Positions 56,731-64,000 of a DNA stretch of 64,000 bases are shown here, piece by piece. Source of the DNA: Promethearchaeota archaeon (GTDB lineage Archaea > Asgardarchaeota > Lokiarchaeia > Sigyniarchaeales > SOKP01); assembly GCA_030606485.1 (NCBI GenBank), contig JAUWGH010000005.1, forward strand, positions 10,129 through 74,128, read 5' to 3'. The position numbers and the translations under genes are program-made. Within the stretch, counting starts at the first letter, position 1. The number at the start of each line of letters is the position of its first letter. The notes under the pieces were generated by a model. That model was not told the origin of the DNA. It saw only the letters and a list, made by a program, of their open reading frames with translations, and searched no databases.

Positions 56731-57888
56731 TTAATCCTCAGCTAGTAAATATAATGAGGGTCCTTCTTTAGCTACCTGTCGTTTACTTCTGAATAGTCTA
56801 GGTATGCCAGGATCAAAATCGCTTTCCATGAAGATTGGAACGTATTTATTCATCGTTCGTTCTGTGAGTTCCCAGTTTATTTGGTCTGTGATACCTACAA
56901 AATTAGTATACCTCGCATATCCATAACAATAGGCAAATGCTCCCGCAATTAAACATTGTTTCCTATCCCATTTTGAGAATTTAAGAAATAATTCTTTATT
57001 AGCTTTCACCGCATAATCACTAAATGCATCTAGGACATCAAACTCAATAGGTTTCACCTTGGTTCCATCTCGTGTAAATAAGGCAACACCTGTTATATTT
57101 TCTGAATAATTAAGTGGTGTAGTAGTCATTGTTGCGAAATCATCAAATTTTGCATCTACATCTTTTAATCTAAATGCAAAAGCGATATTACTAAAAGGTG
57201 CCTTTGCTTCAGTAGCCGACCATGGAAAGTGTGGTTTTTTACCGTCATATAGATGCATAATTTCTCTGAAGATCATAATTTCATTCTCACTGATTCTATA
57301 GGGTCCGTGGTCACATATTTTTGCTCTTGCTTCACATTCATCAAGAAATGAGACAACTTCAAGATTCGCCATTATTTTCTTAATCTCTACAGCCTTTTTA
57401 CTAGTTACATCTATGATTTGATTTATCGACCATTCTATATCAGGTTGATTTAAAACAATATTTATCTTATTTGAATCATAAACAGTCGGTTTTTCATCAA
57501 GGAAATATGAAGAAGCTAAACATTTCCAGAAATCAAGAATAAACATAGTTTGTTCCCTCTTCTCTCTAGTTTCACTTTTTGGATCTCCATTATCTCTCTG
57601 GATTTCTCCCATCCTGCCAACCATATAATATAACGGAATATAGAACAGAGATAATGCATGGAGTTCTGAGAGAATCTTTCTACTCTCTTTCCCCATACGC
57701 TCCGGTGTGGTTTTTTCCGATACTTTTTTTAAAATATCATAAAGCATATCATAGGAGTTATAAAAAGAAACACAAACATAAGCAGTTACTGGAAACAGTT
57801 GTGATTCCAAAAGACCTCTTTTCTTAACTTGGTAATCTATAATTTCAGAAATATGAGAAATAAGATCATTTACTTCTTTGATATTCAT
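56731..57888 (-). CDS. hypothetical protein, 5 nt upstream of the AttH-like gene
   Basis: 385-aa ORF. No family recognised. Confidence 0.6.
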   Translation of the reverse strand: MNIKEVNDLISHISEIIDYQVKKRGLLESQLFPVTAYVCVSFYNSYDMLYDILKKVSEKTTPERMGKESRKILSELHALSLFYIPLYYMVGRMGEIQRDNGDPKSETREKREQTMFILDFWKCLASSYFLDEKPTVYDSNKINIVLNQPDIEWSINQIIDVTSKKAVEIKKIMANLEVVSFLDECEARAKICDHGPYRISENEIMIFREIMHLYDGKKPHFPWSATEAKAPFSNIAFAFRLKDVDAKFDDFATMTTTPLNYSENITGVALFTRDGTKVKPIEFDVLDAFSDYAVKANKELFLKFSKWDRKQCLIAGAFAYCYGYARYTNFVGITDQINWELTERTMNKYVPIFMESDFDPGIPRLFRSKRQVAKEGPSLYLLAED

Positions 57889-58226
57889 ATTAACACAAAT
57901 CTAAAGTTTTAAAAATATATTATAATTTTAAACTTATTATTATTTAACTATTTATTTAACTAAATCTCGGAATTAAATGATTGAGATTATCAAAAAAAAC
58001 CCCAAGTTTTTAATTGTATTTTTTTTAACACAAATTCATTATTTTTTATGAAATGGTTGTAATATTATATAGAAAATATTATATAGTTAAAGAATATTAA
58101 ATTTCTTTGAATAATTAATTCCCTTTTAAAAAAGATGTAGTTGCAAGGGAATACATTATTATTAAAAAAAAAATTTAAAATTGAGTGAATTTTAAATAGA
58201 AATATTCCATATAGGTGTAAATTTTT

Positions 58227-59114
58227 ATGGGATCAGAAAAAAGAGACTATATTGAAAAAATAAAAAAATCTGAAGAAAAATACCGCACACTTATTAATAG
58301 TATAGTAGATGTTATTATAGAATTAGATTCAAGTGGAACATTTACTTTTGTAAATCCGCGAGTTTTTGATTTGTTTGGGTATCAACCGGAAGAAATGATT
58401 GGAATAAATGCATTTAATTTCGTCCATCCAGAAGATATACCAGAAATTGCAAAAAAAATGAACGATGCAATATATTCAAGAGAAATTATAGAAGTTATCT
58501 ATAGAACACGCCATAAAGATGGACATTATATTGTAGTTCAAGCGAGAGGAGGGATGTATAATGATAATGAAAAAATCAAATTTATTGGAGTTATTAGAGA
58601 TTATAGCGAACTAAAAGAAGCAGAACAAAAAATAAAAGAATCCCAAGAAAATTATAAAGAATTATATAAAAAGTTAGAACAAAAAGTCTCAGAAACAACC
58701 ATAGATTTTAAGGAATCAGAAAAAAAATTTCGTCATTTATTTGAAACATCTCCATTTGCGATATTTCTACTAAAATTTATAGGTATAATTATAGACTGCA
58801 ATTCTGTTGCTGAAAGATTATTTAACCTAAAAAAAGATGAAATAATTGGCAGAAATTTTCTAGAACTGGCAGCATTTCCTTCAAAAGCATATACTAAGAT
58901 TGAGAATGCTTATAAAAAGTTGTGTAGAGGAGAAAAGTTAAATCCTATTGAGATTCAAATTCATACCGAAGATGATGAATTAATTTGGGTGAATGTTATA
59001 AATACTTTAGTTAAATTACACAATGAAATCCAAATTCAAGTTATCGTTCAAGATATTTCTGAGCAAAAACTAACTGAAAAGGCTTTGCAACCTTCAGAGC
59101 AAGAAAGTCCTTAA
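58227..59114 (+). CDS. tandem PAS-domain protein without recognisable output domain
   Basis: 295 aa. Two PAS S-box-like units (EEKYRTLINSIVDVIIELD..., EKKFRHLFETSPFAIFLL...) are joined by a coiled linker. Confidence 0.7.
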   Translation: MGSEKRDYIEKIKKSEEKYRTLINSIVDVIIELDSSGTFTFVNPRVFDLFGYQPEEMIGINAFNFVHPEDIPEIAKKMNDAIYSREIIEVIYRTRHKDGHYIVVQARGGMYNDNEKIKFIGVIRDYSELKEAEQKIKESQENYKELYKKLEQKVSETTIDFKESEKKFRHLFETSPFAIFLLKFIGIIIDCNSVAERLFNLKKDEIIGRNFLELAAFPSKAYTKIENAYKKLCRGEKLNPIEIQIHTEDDELIWVNVINTLVKLHNEIQIQVIVQDISEQKLTEKALQPSEQESP

Positions 59115-59234
59115 TTTAAAATAGTTTTATTTTCATTTCAACTTCAATTGTGAAATATTTAATTAGATTCTTTATACTATAATTTAATTTCCTCAATTGT
59201 TCTTAAATATTTTAGTAAAGATTAATCTTTCTAT

Positions 59235-60056
59235 TTATTTCGGTTTTATGGCTTGAATTTTTATACTTTGAATGGTATGGTTAAGATCTTTAATTACCCC
59301 TTTTTCTGAATGTTGATTAACCAATAAATCAATTGTGAAGGAAGATTCCCCTAAAATATCAATATCTTGAAAGCCAGCTTCTCTTATAAACTCTAGATAC
59401 TGCTCTTTTAGAACTGCACCAGCGACACAACTAACATATGCCGCAGAATTATTTTTGATGAACTCCGGTAATTCCTTTAAAAGTACGATATCTGAAACCA
59501 TCATCCTTCCTCCTGGCTTTAACACCCTAAAGGCTTCCTGAAATACCCTTTCTTTTTCTGGTGAAAGATTAATCACACAATTCGAAATAATAACATCTAC
59601 TGAATTATCTGCAACCGGTAAATTTTCAATCTCACCGAGCCTAAATTCTACATTTTCATAATTCCCCTTCTCTGCATTTTCTCTAGCTTTATCGATCATA
59701 TCTGGTGTCATATCTACTCCTATAATTTTTCCACTTTTGCCTACCCTATTCGCTGCAAGAAAACAATCAAATCCTGCTCCTGAACCCAAATCAAGAATAT
59801 GATCTCCTTCCTTTAATGAAGCAAGAGCTACTGGATTCCCACAACCAAGACCTAGATTTGCCCCTTCAGGAACATTTCTAAGATCTTCATCTGTGTATCC
59901 AATCTTCTTACTTATATTTTCGGTAGAAGTATCACAACCACAATACGAGTTTGTAGTAGGAAAACTTGAATTTATAGGAGTACAACATAATATTGATTGT
60001 TTTGCTATTCTTCCATAATTTTTTCTTACAATTTTTTTAACATCTTTTTCATCCAT
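59235..60056 (-). CDS. arsM: arsenite S-adenosylmethionine methyltransferase-like
   Basis: 273 aa. VRKNYGRIA..., cysteine pairs (CC, CGC), SAM motif ILDLGSGAGFDCF, NCVINL. Confidence 0.75.
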   Translation of the reverse strand: MDEKDVKKIVRKNYGRIAKQSILCCTPINSSFPTTNSYCGCDTSTENISKKIGYTDEDLRNVPEGANLGLGCGNPVALASLKEGDHILDLGSGAGFDCFLAANRVGKSGKIIGVDMTPDMIDKARENAEKGNYENVEFRLGEIENLPVADNSVDVIISNCVINLSPEKERVFQEAFRVLKPGGRMMVSDIVLLKELPEFIKNNSAAYVSCVAGAVLKEQYLEFIREAGFQDIDILGESSFTIDLLVNQHSEKGVIKDLNHTIQSIKIQAIKPK

Positions 60057-60086
60057 TTTTTTCTCACTTTAAAAAATCTTAATATA

Positions 60087-60374
60087 TTATTTATTATTGA
60101 TATCCTGCACCATCGGACCGAGAAAATTCCTTACCATTCCTCCCAAATACTCAACCTTAATTAAAGATAAGCAACAGACTTCCCCATTTTTTTTCATACT
60201 TACAACTGCAAATTTCTCACCCTCATTAATATTTGCTTTCTCCCTTAAATCTTTAGAAAAATATATTTGCCCCTTACTATCTAGGGTTACCACTGATTCA
60301 ACTCTACAACAAGTAGAATTCATTTTCTCAGGTTCGCAACAAATCTCTTCTTTTTCTTTTTTTTGTGAACTCAT
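60087..60374 (-). CDS. cysteine-pair-containing SpoVT/AbrB-like small protein
   Basis: 95 aa. Two CC pairs (EICCEPE, STCCRVES), then VVTLDSKGQIYFSKDLREKANINEGEKFAV (AbrB-type swapped-hairpin pattern). It lies 30 nt upstream of arsM. Confidence 0.5.
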   Translation of the reverse strand: MSSQKKEKEEICCEPEKMNSTCCRVESVVTLDSKGQIYFSKDLREKANINEGEKFAVVSMKKNGEVCCLSLIKVEYLGGMVRNFLGPMVQDINNK

Positions 60375-60692
60375 ATTTACATATAATAATTCTTTGGGGA
60401 TATTTAAACTCTACGGATTCTCCGGAATATCCAGAAATTAAAAATTATGATAGATTTAATTTTACTACTATTCTATGAAAAATCATTAGAGTAAAAATAA
60501 GAATCATAAATAAATTCCGTTAGCTTCTCAATAAAGACGTAAATATAGATTTTTCAATTGTGAAATTTATTTTAGAAATAATTGCTTTTTTAAAAATCTC
60601 ATATAAAAATTATGAATAAAAAACTGAAATTAAGAAGAAAAAATTAAGTAAATAAAATCATCAAGATAATTAACTTAGATTTAAATTTATTG

Positions 60693-61220
60693 TTATTTTA
60701 TATGTGCGTTATTGTGAGTCCTACAAATTCTAGGAAACCATCTAGCCACTCTCTCGGTATAACTTACCCAATCTTGTCCAAATCGTCTTTTTAAATTAGG
60801 TTCCTCAATATAAACGATAAATCCATGTATTGCAAGAATCAAAATTGGTAGTATAATAAACATTGCTACAAGATCCAGAAGAAATCCAAGACCTGCAAAA
60901 AAAAAAAATTGACCCTCCATCATAGGGTTCCTTACATGTCCATATGGTCCATAAGTGACCAACCTCTTGGTAGGCTCAGAAAACCCAGTAGTTCCCTGGC
61001 CTATCTTAAATTGAAGCAAACAACTCCAGAAGATAAGAAACAACCCAAAAGCAGACAATATAAGACCAAATATCCTGAACAAAAAGTTGAATAAATTTGG
61101 TAATTTCAAAACATTATTAAGCCATATTGCAAAAAAGATTACAAAGAAATACTCACAAATTACTCCAATGTAATGTGCAATAGTTCCTAATCTTTTTGCA
61201 TTGATTTTTATTCTCTTCAC
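60693..61220 (-). CDS. ICMT/PEMT-like membrane methyltransferase
   Basis: 175 aa with a GTG start and 4-5 TMs. GPYGHVRNPMMEG motif. Confidence 0.65.
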   Translation of the reverse strand: MKRIKINAKRLGTIAHYIGVICEYFFVIFFAIWLNNVLKLPNLFNFLFRIFGLILSAFGLFLIFWSCLLQFKIGQGTTGFSEPTKRLVTYGPYGHVRNPMMEGQFFFFAGLGFLLDLVAMFIILPILILAIHGFIVYIEEPNLKRRFGQDWVSYTERVARWFPRICRTHNNAHIK

Positions 61221-61478
61221 AATTTTAACCTTACCTATACTTCAGCGGGAGTCACTGAATGGTCCTCCTTTTTATAATGCTAAGGATAATTTTATATAAC
61301 TCGTTTATATACTAATTCCATATAATATTTAATAAAACTAATATTTTGTATTTTTTTAAATGTCTATATCATATTCCCTATCCATTTTACTCTTAATTCA
61401 ATTAAAATAATTGGTAATTGTAAGACTGGGAATTTATGTGAGTGTAGTGAATTATATACACCATATTATAGCTACATT

Positions 61479-62093
61479 TTAGCTTTTCTGAAACACTATA
61501 GTATGATTTTTTAATATTACTCCTTTAGGCTGCTCTTTATATATAATTTCAAAGTTATTTTCCTTTAAAAAATGGATTATATCATTAATTGTATACACAC
61601 CATAGTTCTTCACGATAGGATTAAAAATTCTAATAGAATTTACCAGGTTACCAACTATTACAAATATATTTGAATATGCGAGGTCAGAGAAAATAAGAAA
61701 ACCTTTTGGCTTTAAAACTCGATTAATTTCTTTCAATGCCCTATCCCAATCATTTATATGGTGCATAACCCATAATAATAAGATAATCTCAAATTTATTA
61801 TTCTCAAATGGAAGTTTTAAAGCATCTGCTTCAATAAATTTTAAATTTTCATTCATTTTAGTATATATTTTTGCTATTTTAATCTGCTCTTGATCTAAAT
61901 CAGTTCCGACAACATCCATCTTATATTTCATATTCAAATGTGCGGAAACTACTCCGACTCCACATCCGATTTCCAATACTTTATTAACATTACTTAAATC
62001 AACTTTACTAAACAATTGATCAATAAGTTCTATATTCTTTTGAGCATGCCGTTTACTATTAACAAACTTCTTTTCTATTTTAATCATTTTCAT
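61479..62093 (-). CDS. class I SAM-dependent methyltransferase
   Basis: 204 aa. VLEIGCGVGVVS motif I and LKPKGFLIFSD. Confidence 0.8.
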   Translation of the reverse strand: MKMIKIEKKFVNSKRHAQKNIELIDQLFSKVDLSNVNKVLEIGCGVGVVSAHLNMKYKMDVVGTDLDQEQIKIAKIYTKMNENLKFIEADALKLPFENNKFEIILLLWVMHHINDWDRALKEINRVLKPKGFLIFSDLAYSNIFVIVGNLVNSIRIFNPIVKNYGVYTINDIIHFLKENNFEIIYKEQPKGVILKNHTIVFQKS

Positions 62094-62555
62094 TTATTAA
62101 CCACCAATTGCATTTCAATTAACGTTAAAGATACCAGTTAATCACATCTTGCAATTCCTTTTATCTAGATAGTAATATTACTAAAAAATAATATCTTCAA
62201 AATTATGAGAGTATCTATTCATTATAAATTTCGATAAAAATATGAAATATTTTATAAAAAAATTAAAATTTACTTTATTAATAGTATTTTTGTAGTCCAA
62301 TTTTTTCAATTTTTTATAATTTCTATTCATTAAAATTAACTAAGTCTAATTAAAAATAGAATTCGAAGTTCTATTCGTAATATTGCCCCTAATGATACTG
62401 ATAATGTATATAATTGTTTAAATGCTATTGGCTATTTGCCTACTAGTTATTTCATTGATTAAAAATAATTAAAAATTAAGGAAAACCTAATAAAAAATAT
62501 TTTATAAAGAAAAAAAAAAGAAAAAGTTAAAAAATTTGAATTTTTTTAATTAAAT

Positions 62556-62768
62556 TTATAATGTGCTGATTGAAAGTTCCATGTCAGACAGTGTTAATTT
62601 CTTTCTATGGGCGTGTCGGCAAAATTCTAGAGCTTTACAAGTGACAGCTTTTGCTAAGTTTTCAAGATATCCAATTAATGCGTCTACTGCATCTTTTGCA
62701 ACCATTTCAGCGCCATTATTCTTCATAAGTGAGCGAATTGGGCTCCATGCAAATACTTTTTTGGCCAT
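62556..62768 (-). CDS. archaeal histone-fold protein
   Basis: 70 aa. PIRSLMKNNGAEMVAKDAV...AHRKKLTLSDMELS parallels HMf-type histones (GAERVS ... GRKTI..eDI). Confidence 0.8.
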   Translation of the reverse strand: MAKKVFAWSPIRSLMKNNGAEMVAKDAVDALIGYLENLAKAVTCKALEFCRHAHRKKLTLSDMELSISTL

Positions 62769-62887
62769 AATTTATTTCCTCCAATTTTTTAATTTTAAGA
62801 TTTTTTAATATTAAATTTTAAGGTGTTCTATTTATCATTTCTTCTTTCTCATTAATAAATGTTGCGATAAATAGTAGTTTGGTTAAA

Positions 62888-62953
62888 ATTTTTGATGCCT
62901 CGACAAAAATATTGATTTTCTATAAGTATGATGCTGGAAACATCTCTGAGCCA
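62888..62953 (+). ncRNA. candidate C/D-box sRNA (weak)
   Basis: TTGATGC (62892-62898) - 13 nt - TTGA - 12 nt - ATGATGC - 11 nt - CTGA (62946-62949). It is a locally GC-richer patch in an AT-rich spacer, and both C-like boxes deviate from RUGAUGA at the last base. Confidence 0.2.
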
Positions 62954-63331
62954 TTAAATCAGAGATCTCAAACTAAAATTAGAAAATTGAGAATATGAAA
63001 GGCGACTAAAAAAAATAATGCCATAAACCCAAACTAATCGTTAAAGAAATTTAAAAATTCACAAATTATTATAACAAATCTTCACGAAAATAGCCTAAGA
63101 AAAAAGATTTTAAATCTCTAAAATTATTAATGTTCTGATAATCCATGTTTAAAATTATTTGCGAATATTCTAATTAAAATTAGTTTTTAGATTATTTATT
63201 GTAGATAAATTAATTTGTTAAATCTTGAGATTAATAGTTAATTAATTCAAGTATGTCAGTAGCCATATGCTTCTTTTTTTTAAGTTTTAATTTTCCTTAA
63301 AATTTGAAAAAAAAAAGAGATATAAAAAAAA

Positions 63332-63799
63332 TTATAATTGAGTGCCGCAACGGAAGCAGAATTTTGCATTGGGGTTAACTTCAATGCCACATTCCGGACA
63401 GAATTTACCTTTTTCCATTTTTGTGGGTGCATTCGGTGTAATCACATCTCCTAATTTTTGCCCGCATTGTTCACAGAATTTGGCTTCTCCCATAACTTTC
63501 ACACCACAAGAAGGACATCTAGATAGAATTTTCATTCCACAATTATTACAAAATTGAGATGTACCTTCAAGCCTTTTCCCACACTTTGGGCAAATTTTTA
63601 TACTTCCCTCAGTAAAATATTGAATCGTGGTAACAAGAACAGCAATTAAAACTCCAAAAACAGGAAACCACATCCAAAACTGCCACACTCCGAAAATAGT
63701 CACTGTAAGCATGATCATAACAATTATTACAATAATTAATGCTGTAAATGAACCAATGACTGCTTCTCTATATTCTAGTTTAGATTTAATATTTACCAT
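63332..63799 (-). CDS. membrane protein with four tandem C-terminal zinc ribbons
   Basis: 155 aa. Two TMs, then CPKCG..FCNNCG, CPSCG..FCEQCG, CPECG..FCFRCG. Confidence 0.7.
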   Translation of the reverse strand: MVNIKSKLEYREAVIGSFTALIIVIIVMIMLTVTIFGVWQFWMWFPVFGVLIAVLVTTIQYFTEGSIKICPKCGKRLEGTSQFCNNCGMKILSRCPSCGVKVMGEAKFCEQCGQKLGDVITPNAPTKMEKGKFCPECGIEVNPNAKFCFRCGTQL

Positions 63800-63967
63800 A
63801 ACATTTTCTCCTTTAATTTTAAATAGTAATTTATTTAATTATTTTTAAATCTTCTATGAACCAATTTTTATCAATAAAAATTTGAGTTATTTGCATTTTT
63901 AATTGTTCTGATATACTTATTTTTTAAATAATGTTCTAAAATATTATTATTAGGTGTGTGAATTAAT

Positions 63968-64000
63968 ATGGAAAAAAAAAAGATTGCTATTATTAAGGGG
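63968..64000 (+). CDS. start of an ORF truncated by the window edge
   Basis: AGGTGTG SD lies about 10 nt upstream of ATG 63968. The ORF reads MEKKKIAIIKG... and cannot be identified. Confidence 0.3.
   Translation, partial: MEKKKIAIIKG

Noticed and set aside
60097-60441. 114-aa plus-strand ORF
   Set aside because: It is antisense to the Cys-pair AbrB-like gene, which has a recognisable fold pattern and operon context with arsM.
61235-61275. GC-rich hairpin-like element (cttcag-cgggagtca-ctgaa) with GGAGGA on the minus strand in the leader of the ICMT-like gene
   Set aside because: The stem is only 5 bp, the GGAGGA lies about 50 nt from the GTG start, and no riboswitch-like architecture is recognisable. 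It is kept only as a note.
62563-62808. 81-aa plus-strand ORF
   Set aside because: It is antisense to the histone-fold gene.
1-64000. Search for CRISPR arrays, cas genes, IS elements, integrases and prophage genes
   Set aside because: No regularly spaced 25-40-nt repeats and no transposase, integrase or capsid-like ORFs were seen. The only repeat families found are those reported under findings.

Overview
This is a strongly AT-rich archaeal chromosomal segment, by eye about 30 percent G+C. Archaeal identity rests on L7Ae, S28e, S8e, uS2, SRP19, an Sm-like protein, a histone-fold protein, proteasome beta and two intron-containing tRNAs. The lineage cannot be fixed from the window. I call about 75 protein genes, 2 tRNAs, 2 gene relics and a few candidate regulatory or ncRNA elements. 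I saw no CRISPR array, cas gene, transposase or integrase. Most content is housekeeping: TldD/PmbA, thymidylate kinase, aconitase-type dehydratase subunits, pyrophosphatase, ribosomal proteins and the proteasome. There is also methanopterin-type cofactor biosynthesis, the nickel chaperones CooC and HypA, and many peptidases. Four parts look accessory: (i) the left 4.3 kb, (ii) a 5-kb hydrolase/epimerase cassette at 43.3-48.5 kb bracketed by two relics of the same gene 3' end, (iii) a same-strand Fe-S/flavodoxin/lipocalin-like cluster at 52-58 kb, and (iv) an arsM unit at 59-60.5 kb. Five leads rank highest. (1) A tightly coupled three-gene cassette at 678-2508 ends in a HEPN-like protein with no recognisable partner. 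It sits beside a wHTH plus Panacea/SocA-like pair and a mini PD-(D/E)xK-like ORF, so it is a candidate new defence or toxin-antitoxin locus. (2) A tandem array of three paralogs at 8690-10133 has an N-terminal CxxC ... hydrophobic ~23 aa ... CxxC layout that copies the eukaryotic LITAF/SIMPLE membrane-anchored zinc-ribbon topology. (3) Conserved N-termini recur (hypA, beta-RFAP synthase, one LITAF-like paralog, one small nuclease-like ORF) that can only be reached from AUA/AUU/AUC codons placed behind good Shine-Dalgarno motifs. (4) tRNA-Pro(GGG) carries a 30-nt intron at the non-canonical 25/26 position with a clean bulge-helix-bulge. (5) The uncharacterised redox/lipocalin-like cluster at 52-58 kb. 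All family assignments are from motif recognition by eye, with no database search run.
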